From Chiloscyllium plagiosum (Eukaryota), in the NCBI RefSeq assembly GCF_004010195.1, contig NC_057728.1:45293419-45357418 (forward strand): a DNA stretch of 64,000 bases, given 5' to 3'. Made by a program: the position numbers and the translations under genes. A model generated the notes under the pieces. That model worked only from the letters and a program-made list of their open reading frames with translations. It was not told where the DNA came from and did not search any database. Of the stretch, positions 50,840 through 64,000 are shown piece by piece; position 1 is the first letter of the stretch; each line of letters starts with the position of its first letter.

Positions 50840-52546
50840 GTAAATAAATATCCAAAAACTTATTCCTCAGAGCTAGACGTTCCTTTTTAAATAATGAATA
50901 TGGATTTAAGTTATATAACCTTTCTCTTTTATGCATTCATATTTAAAGTACGTGCATATCAATTGTTATGATGGTCAGGGAGAACAATAAATTTTTTTTA
51001 AAAAGTAGATGGTTCCCAACAACCAACTTACATAGATCACACAAGATTTCAAGTCTTGAGACTTTTACGGTGAAATAAACAAAATATATTTCTATAGAAT
51101 GAATTTATTAAGCAACTAATACTCTGAAATTACAGAACAGATATCCTTTATTAGTTTCTTAATACATGATTCCCCACAGAACTGCAGTCTTTACAGAAAC
51201 CTGTCCGAAGGTACTCCCGGCTTCCAACAGCTGGTTTCTCTTTGTTTTGTTGAGTCATTGGGCTGAATTTTGCCATTTTTTGCAAAGTGTTCTTATTGGT
51301 GCGATTTATGAGGCGTGACCATCATGGTCCTATTTTTGTGTCACATTCATCATGGAACTGGCTTATGTGGTACATAGCTCATGGAATCAAGCATTAGGAG
51401 AAGTGGAACTGCGTACCTTTGCTGGAACTTTGCAATTTTCACACTGCTGGTGCTGTTTTTAAACCCCTGCTTGATAGCACTTCAGGTGCTACAAGCCACA
51501 AACTGTTGTTTGCTGTGCAATGTTTGACTTTCATCACTGAGGATATGACGTAGAAAGGTAAGATCATCCCTTGTTTTGCAGACAAGGAACTTGGAAGTGC
51601 TTGTGGATAGGGTGATGAAAAGGAAGTGGCTCTCTTGATTGTGTAAAAGTGACCAAAAGTAGCTAATAAGTGAAAACTAAAATCTGTACTTTGAAACTAT
51701 CATTGTCATTTTAACAAAATTTTAGGTGCATCCTTTTGAAGTGATTTGATTTTATATTACCTAGTGCCCAAGAAAATAGAAAAATCATATTTGTGAGGAA
51801 AGATTAAGCGAAGTGATTCATGCCCGTCATTGGGTAGCACCAGGAATTGAGCAAGATTTCCAGAAATTGGATCTTAATGTTTCTGTAATAAGTAGCATTA
51901 TCATAAATTAACTTGCCAACAAATAAGGATCCCTGAAAGGTTTCAGGAAAACAGTAATTGCCCCATTCAGTTTCCTCTGTTTTACAAGAAGACACTTTGA
52001 CTCATGAAATTACGGCAGCAATACTGACTGGGTTGCTGGCAAAAAATGTTTTCTTAAAAAAATCACATGATATGACACTACTGGCCAATTTAGATTTTAT
52101 GGTCTGTTTTTGGATACAGAAATTACCACCATAATTTTTTTGCCAACTGTAGCTAATCAGCTTTGCTAAGCAAAACAAGCTATAAATTTCATTTAGAAAT
52201 GGAATTCTATTGGGAAAAGAACATGATGAAATTCCTAAAAAAGAACCTGAAGACAGCATTGTTGTTTTTGGCAAAATAAGTGAAGTCCAAAACACTTTGA
52301 AGGATGCATAATCCTACTGGTGCCAAATACATTTTACAATAAAGACATTCAGTATATTAATAAAAGTGCCTCTGTCAGGTTAAAACTGGCGTCCTGAAAA
52401 AATGACTTTGGCATACAATGAATATGAAGTCCATGTGAATAATCCTGCTTTACTACCAGTGATTCTTATAGTTTAGGTAAGATAATTTCATTTGTTATTT
52501 CACTCCAATTATTGAATCCTATCTGAAAACCTGCTTCTTCACTCAG

Positions 52547-52633
52547 ACCACTTTGAACAAAGACTGGATAACCTCAGAGCCTGCAAGTTCTCCCCAAGCT
52601 TTCTCAACTGAAAACCATTATCAGCAACTAAAG
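52547..52633 (+). CDS. LRRIQ1: LRRIQ1 exon
   Basis: Acceptor cttcttcactcag|, donor AAG|gtaatg; 87 bp, phase 0/0. Encodes TTLNKDWITSEPASSPQAFSTENHYQQLK, positionally equivalent to recalled 'AALEEEWLALDS...WPK'. Confidence 0.8.
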
Positions 52634-54346
52634 GTAATGTGCTGCATTATAGAAACCAATTAGTTCCATTTCTATTTTGAAAGAACTTCGCTGGAATGTT
52701 AGGATAATGAATCAAGAAATAAAAAGTTGTAAAAATTAATTACTTCAGAATATCTAGACACCATCACTGCAACAGATGAAATTTGTCACTGATGTTTTTC
52801 CCCAATTACTTAAAAAATGTGTTCTTTTATTTTGTTTTTCAGTCCTTTATGCTGCAGTGGTAATTAAGTGATGTACAACAGCTGTAAATTTGGCACAAAA
52901 TTAGAAAACAATGAATGAAAATATACTGTAATTGTAAAAAAAGACAGAAGCAACGTTTCAGACAGACTTAGATAACAATTTGAAGAACTGCAATAAACCA
53001 AAACTTTAATATCTTAATTAATAGCAATTTGATTTGTCTCTCTGCTTATCTTTTGCATTTCAATTTATATATCAGTTATATGGAGAGGAAAAAGGTTAGT
53101 TGAATTGATCCATATGAAAGGAAGCTTGAGTACTTTCTATATATTTAGAATGGCTTCACAAATTTGATATTTTAAACTGGAAATTTTTAACTTTGGGCAA
53201 GGAGTATTTCAGTAGTAAGAACACATTCAGTTGTTGGTAAAGCAATACGATCAAGTTGGATTAAACAACCCTGTTATGGTCTTGAAATTCCACTCAAAGT
53301 GGTGATGTAAGGGTGGCATGTAGAATACAAAGTATTGCCCTAGCAACATGCTCAGAATACTTGAAAGCCAGTCAATATTTACCAGCTCACATTTTGACAT
53401 TGCTAAGAGAATTTTGCACACACAGGAGTGCTGAGTATTTTGCTTTTCTTTTAGTATTTTTGCTTTGCAGTTGGATTTTTGTTACAATCCTTTTCTAACT
53501 AGATTTTCTCTTGTGAAGTTACTCTGGTAGTTTTCACCAATGGTCATCTTGGAAGGCATTTAAACTCTCTTGCACGCTTGCAATTTTTTGTTGGTATAAT
53601 GTTATGTTTATCATTGGCTATTTTCTTCTTTCCCAGCTTTGCTGTGACTAACTATCTCCATTACAGTATTCTCCCTCTTGGAACTTGTGCATTAAAAAAG
53701 AATTCCAAAATGGCAATTAGTTAAGAATCAAGAACACTATGCCAGTGGTCAAAATCCTCCCATCCAGATATATGGCAATTATCCATTATTCCATAGAGAA
53801 GGACCTTTTTCTTAAAAAATGTTTTATTTTGAAGAAGAAGCGCTTTCAATGTCTTGAACATGTTTCAAGTTTGTAAAGACAATGAAAAATTGTTGGAAAT
53901 AGCTTATCCCGAACTCTGTTTTTCTCTGAATCGCAGGGTTTTTTTTTGCTTTTAAAATGGTCCTCAATAAATATATAAAATAACTAATAGTACATTACAG
54001 GTAAATTTAGAACATTAATTGAAATGAAATTGAGAGAGGTTGGGATAAGGCAATCCTGATGGTCTTGCTTCTCCATGATTATCTTGTGATGTTGTGAACA
54101 ATTAGGAATGAATGTGGAAACATAAGAATAAGAAATATCACAGTGGTGACCCAAGTATGCAAAAATGAATTCTGCAGCAACATGACAAGATTAAAAGCAG
54201 CACTTGGCATTGTCCTCTATTTATCAATCCGTTAAAATAGTTTCCCAAATAGAATGTCTGTATAATGATTTGTTTAAGCATGCCTTAAAATGTAGTATAT
54301 TGTAATGATTTCTTCAAAATTAAGCTGTGTTGTAAATATTTCCCAG

Positions 54347-54486
54347 GCTCCTCATAAAGCCACTGATTTATTTGGTTTGCCAAGGCAACGGCAGCGAGCA
54401 TGGCAGGATGATGACATCAATAGTGTTGAAAAGTTTGGATCACCGTCCCTTTCACCAGCGACTACCAGTGTTGTGCAAACTCCCAG
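54347..54486 (+). CDS. LRRIQ1: LRRIQ1 exon
   Basis: Acceptor tttcccag|, donor AG|gtagaa. Encodes APHKATDLFGLPRQRQRAWQDDD...QTP, containing the 'LP....QAW' motif. Phase 0 start, phase 2 end. Confidence 0.8.
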
Positions 54487-54603
54487 GTAGAAACTGATGA
54501 AATATTTAACAATAATGAAACTTTTTTTTGCAAGGCTACAATGAGGACCAGATTGTAACTTTCTGAGTAAAGGTGTCTTGAATGAGATAAGATTGGACCC
54601 TAT

Positions 54604-55324
54604 GGGCTGATTTTTAATTCAGGGTTAGGGACCCATTGTCTGGATAATTTCTGCATTCTGACCCCACCCTACAGCTATGCAGCTCCTGTACCCATGATCT
54701 TCCTATTTAGATATCCTAATTGGGCTTGAGGTGAGCTTGGTGGCCTATTGGTTGTGCTGAGTGTTATCAGGGTGCTGTAGCTGCCATCGAGCATGAATAA
54801 CAAAATAAGATGACTGCCATGCTGGAGATATCACCTTGGAGAACTGGCAGCCTCGATCAATAGAAAAGTGATTGAACAGTTCATAAAGTTTCAACTTTGA
54901 TCTCCAGCATCTGCAGACTCACTTTCTCCTCCAATAGAAAAGTGACCCAATAGTAAAACGAAAGATAATGCACTCGAACTGTTTCAAGGCATCCCAGATC
55001 CCAAAATGTTTCAACTTTAAAAAAAAACTTTTCACTTCTGCCTGCTTTTAGCCCGGTATCTGGGCACTCAGTGTTTACCAAACTGGTCAGGTCTGGCAGT
55101 TTATATATTAAACCTCACTTTCTCGATCTTTATGAACCATTAGCACACTCCACAAGGTGCTTAATGGTCTGTTAATTGGAGTGGATGGATTCCCCATTCC
55201 CTCTCTTTGAAAATTGCCACTTATTGTGGAGGCAGTGGGATGCAGTTCCACCTTCTCAGAACATGATTGTCGAATCACATCCTTAGCCATTCCCAGCGCC
55301 AACGAGCAATTAAAAATCAACCTC
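54604..55324. mobile_element. Putative Harbinger-type MITE
   Basis: Imperfect TIRs GGGCTGATTTTTAATT (54604) and AATTAAAAATCAACCT (55308-55323), with TAT near both flanks. Confidence 0.45.
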
Positions 55325-57565
55325 TATGTGTTAAAGATGTTTCAAACTTCCAAAACAAGAGACAATAAATTCTTTCCTTGAACATGGTGGTAGAATCATC
55401 AGATAATAACTTGTATGATCATGTTCATACATTGTATATCTATATGGTGCACAGGTACTAGTTAACCACATTGTTGCTATTTTTGGTAGAAGAACTGATA
55501 CACAACATTAATTTAAAGGTTTTAGTTCTTCATGACTGCAGATTATACATGTTTTCTCTTTATTTTCTGAGCATATTTCCTCATTCATGTTTGTGGAATT
55601 TTGAATTTGATCATGAAAACGAATCTTCCAGCTCAGCGAGCAAACCTATATTCAGAACCTCAACCTGAGTTACAAATCTTCTCAAAACTCGCTGATCATG
55701 AAGTTTCAAAAATATATAGCTAATAATTGAACAATTTGCATAATTGAAACTTGAATTATTTAGTGTATTATTTAAAAGGCTCACCATGGTGCTGTGGTAC
55801 TTCAACCCAACTACAATTTTAAAAAAGTTATCAACCTCATTCCTCATGCTCTATCCATGCCACTTCATAGCTGGAAGTGCCATAGCTTAGTGTGTACAGT
55901 ATAAGGGGCCATGGGAAGACTAGTGAGAGGAGGGGTTAGCGTGACCTTTCTACCCCAGGTTTGCCACCAACAACAGCAGAAGATTTCAACTGGTTTGACT
56001 GGAGAAGCAAAGACAAAGCCTAATTTGATACGGAATTATGTATGTATTTGAAAAGGAAGAATATGAAACCATACAGAGGGAAGAAAAATAGAGAAATTGT
56101 AACTAAACAGATGGGGTTGATTATCACTAGCCTTAATCTGGTGTTAACAGGAAGGTAATGGCCTCAAAATGGATTTGGAAGCCCTACTGCCCTGTTAATA
56201 GAGAGAAAGGTCAAATCCATTCTGAGCACTTGAAGCACCCACCTGCTTCAGCAGTGGCAACATTTCAGCACACAAATTGAATTCGTAGGAAGCTACATTT
56301 CTATTTTTGTTGGAAAGCATGTGCCATGTACGCTGCAATCATTTCCATGGAATTGCAAAGTAAATTTTATACTTTCTTTTACTGTCTAATGGAGTTGGAA
56401 TGCTGTGTTAAATCACACACAAATTATCCCCCTCATTTATAATAGCAAACCCAACCTCCCCCACACTGTATCATTTACTGATTAGGGTTGAGGAAACCTG
56501 CTACTGGCAAGCTTTACATTATGACTTAGGTTAGAGGGTGGACCAATTTCATTCCTCGTCTCATTCTTGCAGTGGTCATAACAATATTGTAATTTAGCCA
56601 GATGCTTATATGGTCCTTACTGCAGACGATACAAATAATATAGGAGCAGGAATGGTCACTCAGCCCATTGAGCCTGCTACTCCATTTAGTATGATCATGG
56701 CTGATTGAACAACTGAGTGCCTTTGACCCACCCCATCCACACTAGCCTTCAGGTCGTTGATAATCAAAAAAAAACCTTGAAGACTAACTTCCACAACCTT
56801 CTGATCTAGAGTATTCCAAAGATTTACCACCTTCTGAATGAAGAAAAAACTCTTTATCTTAGTCCTAAATGACATCACCCTTATTTTTAATTTGTATTCC
56901 CTGGTTCTAGACCCCGAACCAAGGGAAACATCTTACCTGCATCTAATCTGTCTATCCTTTTAAGTATTCAATGAGAACACCTCTCATTCTTTGAAACTTG
57001 GAGAATATCAGCCAGGTATCCCCAATCTGTCTTCATTGGACGGTGCTACCTTCCCCGAACAAGTCTGCTGAACCTTTGTTGCACTCCCTCTATGCAATAA
57101 TATCTTTCCTGAGATAAGGAGGCCAAATCTGTACCCAGTACTCCAGGCGCAGTCTACCTAAGTTTCCATGCAATTGAAACAAGCCTTCACTACTCCTGTC
57201 CTCAAATCCTCTTGCAATAAAGGATAACATTCCATTAGCCTTACTAATTGCTTATTATACCTTCACCTTATTTCTCAGTGACTTACTGACAAGGGCTTAT
57301 AGAATCCTTTTAGCCATCTTCACTTTCCAACCTCTTACCATTTAAGAAATGCAGATCTGTTCTTCCTACCAAAGTGAATGCCATTTTTCCACATAATATT
57401 CCATATGTCATATTCTTGCCCACTTACTAATCGTGTCCAAATCTTACTAAGAAAGTACTACATCTTCTTCATAACATACCAGTATGAGAATGACCCATAT
57501 TTATTCTTACGCTGTTTTTGTCTGTAAGACAATTCTTAATCCATGCCAGTATATTACCACATGGC

Positions 57566-57922
57566 ATGGGCAGCATGGAGGCAGTGGTTAGCGATGGTGC
57601 CTCACAGCACCAAGGACGCAGGTTCAATTCCAACCTTGGGTGACTGTTTGTGAGGAGTTTGCACATTGTCTGTATGTCTGTTTGGGTTTTCACCAGATGC
57701 TGCAGTTTCCTCCCAGCCTAATGATGTGCAGGTTAGGTGGATTGGCCATGCTAATTTACCCTTCAGTGTCCAAGAATTTGCAGATTAGGGAGATTGGCTA
57801 TGGTAAATGTGGGGTTATAGCGATAGGTCAGGAGGCTGGATCTGGCTGGGATGATCTTTGGAGGGTCAGTGCAGACTCAGTGGGCCAAATGGTCTCTTTC
57901 TGCAATGTGCATGATTCTATGT
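57566..57922 (+). mobile_element. HE1-type SINE (diverged)
   Basis: gggcagcatggaggcagtggttagc...ggttcaattcc...gaggagtttgcacattg. Confidence 0.85.
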
Positions 57923-58317
57923 GCTGTAACCAACCACTTATGAAAAATATTATCAAAAGTCTTCTAAAAATCCAAATCTACCACATCCTTCAGCTTCCCT
58001 TTATTATTTTTGTTGGTATCACCCTCAAGTAATTCTGACAGGTTTATCAAACACTATTTTACATTCACAAATCCATTCTGACTATGCCTATTAAGATCAT
58101 TTTTTCTCCAAATTGTCTATTTATCACATCATTTATGATGAATCTAGCATTTTCCTTACTAGTGATGTAAGGTTTAACTGCTCTGTAGATTTTTTTTCCT
58201 CTTTCCCCTTCCTTGTGAGCTAACATTTTCAAACTTCTAATCTACAGGAATCATTCCAGAATCTCTGAAAGTTTGGAAGGTGATTACCAATGTATTGTCT
58301 ATCTCTGTAACCAATTT

Positions 58318-58551
58318 AAACAAAAATTGCTGGAAAAGCTCAGCAGATCTGGCAATATCTGTGGGGAGAAATCAGAGTTAACATTTTGGCTCAAAGAACC
58401 CTTCCTCAGAATGGATTCTGAGGAGAGATCCCTCGACCTGAAATGTTAATTCTGATTTCTCTCCACAGATGCTGCCAGACCTGCTAAGCTTTTCCAGCAA
58501 TTTCTGTTTTTGTTTTTCGTTTACAGCATCTGCAGTTCTTTTGATTTTTAT
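58318..58551. mobile_element. Palindromic Penelope-like pLTR of a third family
   Basis: Inverted arms centred near 58413, with the decayed core CTGAGGA...GACCT-GAAATGTT. Single-arm relatives at about 6517-6612, 11194-11275, 43335-43470, 44745-44880 and 61215-61335. Confidence 0.7.
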
Positions 58552-59507
58552 TCTATAACTAGTTCCTTCAGCACTCTGGGATGTGGACTATGAGGCTCCA
58601 GGGGCACATCAACATTCAGCCTCATTAATTTCTTGAGTACAACTTTCTTACTTAGTAATCTTCTTCAACAACTCATTCTCCCTGGTCACTATGATCTTTG
58701 ATTCTGGGAGATTTCTTGTATCTTCCTCAGTAAAAACAAATCAAATAATTATTTAGCTTCTGTGTCATTTCAGTATTCCCCATAATAAATACTACCCTTT
58801 TATCAGAAGCACATTTGTCTGAACCAAACACAGATGGGTCCTGCCAATGTTATTTGAAATTAATATTTGATCACACCTCTTCATAAATTTAATTCATTGA
58901 GTTTTGTATTGGGGTGTCTCTTTGGCAGCTTCAACACTCACCAGCTGATTTTAACTTAGGCTAGTGCCTCAAAGTCATAGCTGCTGCTTCACTGCATCAG
59001 GTCACATTTAATTAGCTGTTTCTCGAAGACTGGCCCAACAATTCTAAATGTAGAGATAGCAGGAGCAAGGAACAATCTATTTAGTAGGCTGCTTCTGTCA
59101 TTACCATAATTCTATAAGTAGAGTAAAGCTATCTTGTTGAGCAAACTTCAGGTGCCGCTGGCAATAAACATGCACCTTTTCGTATTAGTCAACTTCATTC
59201 CCATCCAGTAAGAAGCATAAAAGGTCAGCTTTAAGATCTGTCTTGAGACTGGTAACATTAACCTTTAATCTTGATTCTGGTTTGGCTATGAATATAAGAT
59301 AACACCTATGATTGAAGACATCTAAAAAATATTAAGAAATAATTTGAGCTTTGTTCCTCTCAGCTGCACTCCACTTCCTGCCAAACTCTCTGTTTCTAGT
59401 TAAAAGACTACCTATTATTTTAATGTGCTGGATCTGTTGAAGAGTAATGCTCCTTTTAACAGTGTGAAAAATAGAAATAATTTTGCTTTTATTTGGTCAC
59501 ACCGTAG

Positions 59508-59591
59508 AACTATTTCAGGGTTCTCTGAGGTTACATCTTGCAGTAAGCAAGGCTTCAAGTCACAGAAAGAAGAACAGATCTCTCTGGAATG
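59508..59591 (+). CDS. LRRIQ1: LRRIQ1 exon
   Basis: Acceptor accgtag|, donor TG|gtaagc; 84 bp, phase 2/2. Encodes TISGFSEVTSCSKQGFKSQKEEQISLE(W), matching 'KSEKEKKISEEW'. Confidence 0.85.
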
Positions 59592-60089
59592 GTAAGCACA
59601 CCTTATTAATTTACAAAGCTAGTTTTTCACAAACTGAATCACTCTAAAAGAAATAAAGCATCTTGCTTCGTACTTCCTGTCACAACTATTAAAAAGAATC
59701 AACTTTGCCAAAACTCCCAATTTAATTCAGTACGTCCTTTCAAACTAAAGTGAAGTAATCTTCCACATTTTTTAAAGTTTTCAGCATTTCAAAATAGCTT
59801 TTCAATGTGACTTTGATTTTGGATAATACCTGGAAACAAGATTTATTGTACATATACATCGCGAGGAAGTATACTTTTGAATTGGAAGAGATTGATAGAA
59901 AAAGGTGTTCTATAAAGTTCTGTAAAAATACTTCAAAAATAATTATAAACGATACTGTTTGTTGATAGCCTTTAAGGTAAATTTATTTAATATTTTCACT
60001 TGTTCTTATTTATGTATAACTTATTGTAAACCGTCTCTAGGAAATTGCATTAACTTTAGCTTTTATCTTTTTGTTCTTGTTACTAATAG

Positions 60090-60178
60090 GGGCTTTAAGA
60101 ATGCTCATACTGCACAGCTAATGTTGAAACGAGCTCAGAAAATGAAATCCAAGAAAGCAGAGGCTAAAAAATTGCTGG
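60090..60178 (+). CDS. LRRIQ1: LRRIQ1 exon (conserved C-terminal region)
   Basis: Acceptor ttactaatag|, donor G|gtatgt. Encodes (W)GFKNAHTAQLMLKRAQKMKSKKAEAKKLL, close to the LRRIQ1 hallmark WGFKDISTAQQMLKRAQKMKSKK. Confidence 0.95.
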
Positions 60179-61344
60179 GTATGTTTACTTTCCCCCCTGC
60201 AAATTGGCAGTCATCCAGTAGGACTTTCTGAAGGGCAAAGAATTGGGTTCCATTCATATATTATTTCAAGATAAGTGTTAACCATTTCATCTGCCACAGT
60301 GTATTATTCTTAAATCAAATGTATATGTGTTTATTGTTTTGATATGCTGTGAGCGTATCTTTTGTGTGTAATTAGTTTTATCATAACCATAGGTTGTTAT
60401 CTTACTTGCATGTTAATTCAGAATTATTATTCAAATGCACAATATTTGGTGCGACATTGATGCTGTACATTTTGTGAGACAGTTGGTGTCTCATCTGCCA
60501 CTTGATCAAAAGGTTTTGTTTTCCTTTTGGTCAGCAAGGATTGGAAACCTGAAGCAATTCTACAATAGCAACCAATTCCCACTAGCTTTTCCCTTTCACT
60601 CTATTCTAAGCCTACCTTTTGTTCAATTATTATTGCCAGTTGGGTATTTACTATCTTTTCTGATCTTCTCCTTTCTGACCCTAAATGATCTGTTCTTAAT
60701 AAGGATGTTACTTTCATCTCCCTATGTCCAATGTCAAAGAATTTCAAGATCAACATAATCTATGATTTAGTGATGCCTTTGTTTCAAATTGTGTTTTTCA
60801 CTCAAGAAGCACCCTTCCTCCATGTTGTGTCACCAGCATTTTTAATAATATTGGACCCTTTCCTTGTAGTACCCGGTCTTGATTATTATTGAGAATTCCA
60901 TGCTCTTTTCTTTCTTTGGGCTTGAGCTTCATCATTCTCTCAATGCCAACAGGGGTATTACTATAACTAAATCCATTGATGAAGTGGGCAATTGTTTTTG
61001 AATGGCAAAACAATCATTAAATAAGCTGAAGACAGCTATCTGACTCATTTTCATACTTTCTACTGTAAAACACTAAACTATTAATTACCAGTTTGTTACT
61101 GATCTAATATTTTACAGCTTATTTCCTCCAATCTCATTGTTTTTCCAACTCTGCAAGATCAATTTATTATACCTCCGTAAAATATGTAGAAACAAGACTA
61201 AAAGTAATAAAAAAGCAAAATACTGATGCTGGAATCAAATGGTGAACACTGGAGAAATTCAGCAGGTCAGACAGCAACAGTGGATAAAGAAATAGAGTTA
61301 ATGCTTCAAGTCTGGTATGACTCTTCTTCAGAATCTTCAGAGAC

Positions 61345-61695
61345 TTCCTATCAGAAAGATGTTGTGAAACTTGAAAGGGTTCAGAAAAGATTTACAAGGA
61401 TGTTGCCGCATAGGTTTAGGGTGAGGGGGGAAAGATATAAAAGAGACCGAAGGGGCAACTTTTTCACGCAGAGGGTGGTATGTGTATGGAATGAGCTGCC
61501 AGAGGGTGTGGTCGAGGCTGGTACAGCTGCAACATTTAAGAGGCATTTGGATGGGTATATGAATAGGAAGGGTTTGAAGGGATATCTGCCGGGTGCTGGC
61601 AGGTGGGACTAGATTGGGTTGGGATATCTGGTCGGCATGGACAGGTTGGGCCGAAGGGTCTGTTTCCATGCTGTACATCTCTATGACTCTATGAC
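61345..61695 (+). mobile_element. CR1 LINE 3' end
   Basis: LERVQKRFTRML...FFTQRVVCVWNELP...FKRHLDGYM and a ctctatgactctatga tail. Confidence 0.9.
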
Positions 61696-64000
61696 TTGCT
61701 TGATTGATTGTTTCAGCCTGCTCTTGTCCCATTCTCTGATCTCCCATTTTACTGCCCATCCCCACTCTCTACCCTATCTACCTAATTCCTTATACTTCAG
61801 TGATGGTTTCAGTTTGTTCAACCCTAATCATCTCTGTTTCATTGAAGATATTTCCTGTGCACTTCTTTTTTTTCTCTGAGCTGTCCACTTCATTCTTGAA
61901 AGGAAGCCCATGGATTAACATCTTCCCCCACCTGCCTGAACTTGTTCTCATCCAGAAAGACACTTTTCCACAGTTTGGAATTTGCAATGGTACCTTCTAA
62001 GTCTGTCATTTAATAAGTCATGTGAAATGTTCTTCAGTCATGTTTAAGCTCCATCTTGAATTATCCTTGTGATAAGGAGTTCCATGTCACTGTTTCAAAG
62101 TAGAAAAGGGAGTTATTCATGGTTTCCTAATCTATATTTATCCCACAATCAGCAGAACTTCTAAAAAGTTAGTTATGATCACTGTGACAGCTTGCAATAA
62201 GCAAATTAGCTGCTTTGTTTCCTGCTTTACAATAGTTACTGCAATTCAAAAGTGCTTTAAAGGCTAGAAAATCTTTAATACTTCTTGTGCTCATACCTAG
62301 TGATAGAGGAATGAAATGTTCTACTTTCATCTAATTTTTTTCAATCTGGACTTCCAATTTTGATCCATATGTGACATTTTATTGTTTCTCTGCTCCCAAA
62401 TTTTACAACAAGGGTGCAAGTTACAATTGTGAAACTGCACTGGTAATACCCAGTCTTCCAAGGCCAATTTAAGCTGGATATCCAGGCTCTCAGCATGCTG
62501 CATTTGTATATATTACAAGCTACATTTTTAGTACACAAGGTCCTCTTCTTTGTACACAGAAGAAACATATACATATTCTATGCCTGTTTCAATTCAAAAT
62601 AGATGGCAGCCATTCTCTGGTTCATTTCTCAGGGCAATGGATTAATCAGCAGAATTAACTTGCCTTAATTAAAAAATTAAGCAAAACTTAGCAGTTATCA
62701 GTCTGTCATTATTAATTTATGCATCACCCATTGCAACTTCCCTACCAATTGGAGCCCACTTTTCATCCGGTGCTCTCAAATAGTGTAGATGTTGCTTTCC
62801 TTTCACATTAGTGTTTCTTGCAAATTGTCCTGATAAGTGCAAGATGAAAAGCTTCAATAAAATGTCTTTTTTTTTAATCAGCAATACTCAAAAATAGCTT
62901 GCATAAGACCAGATATTAAATTGATGGAGACTTTCCAAGATGGCCCAGCAGAGTTTCCACATTGCATCTCATACTTTCTTGATGTGCCCCATGAGGCTGA
63001 CTTTCATCAGTCTCAGAATATTCAGGAAAGGGAGGAAAAAGTAGCTGGCAAAGAATTTCTTTCCTAGTCACTCAACTATGCCTTTTGGCAGTCTGCCCAT
63101 TGACAGTATCCATAGATCTGTCATTGTATTGGCGCCATTCTGCTTTCTGAGTAAGAAGGCTGAGAATATAAAACAAAAATGAACAAAACTAAACCTTCAA
63201 AATGGGAATTGCAAACGTCAAAACAGTACATCAATGCTTCTTAGTTCAATTGTCATGCTTCAATCAGGAAAATGCTTTTAAAATCTTGAACATTTTGTTG
63301 CTAGTTATTTTTTATGATAAAAATCCATCCATTAATAGCAGTAATATTCTATGCATCTTCCGTGCACCATAATCAGAAGGTTTCACTGCATGCATCTTCC
63401 AAACTCACACCCAGAAGGATAGGGGCAGCAAGTACATGGAAACATCACCACCTGCAAATTCCTCTCGGAGGCATTCACTATCCTGACTTGGAAACACATC
63501 ACACTTACTTCAGTGTTGCTGGGTCAAACTCCTGGAACTCCCTCCCCAAGTGGATTTATGTGTCTAACTACAACAAATGGATTGGAACAGTTCAAAAAGG
63601 TAGCTTAACACCACCTACTCAAAGGCAACTAGGGATGAGTGATAAATGCTGGCTCAGCCCAGCATTCCATTAATGAATAACATAAATTATTTTACAACCT
63701 ATTTTTCAAATCTACCTGTGCAGAGATGTTATTACTCACGCTGGAGTAGGTGAGTAACTTGTATTCCAATTGGCTACACCTGTTACAGTGTAGGCCATAT
63801 CTGCAATCCTTGATACACTTAGAATTATGATTTTGTTTTATTGACACATTTCTCAAGGATAGGGATACAGGAGCACGGGAAAAGTTTATAATGTTATCAT
63901 TCATGGCACCATCTTTGGTACAAGGTACCTAGGTGGAAAATCATAGGTACAAAGGAGTAAAATTCAAAAAGAAAAATTCAACATTAGAGTTCTTATCAGT

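Larger units (their letters stand above)
56635..58790 (-). mobile_element. Degenerate CR1 LINE with nested SINE and PLE palindrome
   Basis: FFIQKVVNLWNTL at the 3' end and ILAWIKNCLTD RT remnants; the element continues beyond the insertions. Confidence 0.75.

Noticed and set aside
53620..53700. Acceptor-like sites between the exons at 52547 and 54347
   Set aside because: The flanking exons already join in phase with continuous similarity, and no good donor follows.

Overview
Vertebrate genomic DNA, most likely from a shark or other elasmobranch, judging by HE1-type V-SINEs and shark-type CR1 and Penelope repeats. The window lies inside one large + strand gene, LRRIQ1. Eight internal coding exons (16894-60178, about 1.4 kb of CDS) can be spliced in frame with GT-AG sites and consistent phases; the gene's start and end lie outside the window. 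The introns are packed with repeats: CR1 and Rex/Babar-like LINEs, tRNA-derived SINEs, a solo LTR, Harbinger and Tc2-like DNA transposon fossils, a fragmented Ty1/Copia element, a 36-bp satellite with higher-order structure next to a 933-N gap, and a near-identical 1.46-kb duplication. The most interesting signal is a set of Penelope-like pLTR insertions from at least three families. These carry minimal hammerhead-ribozyme cores, often as near-perfect palindromes with 14-15-bp target-site duplications (TSDs); one of them appears to enclose the satellite. Family names come from recalled motifs, not database searches.
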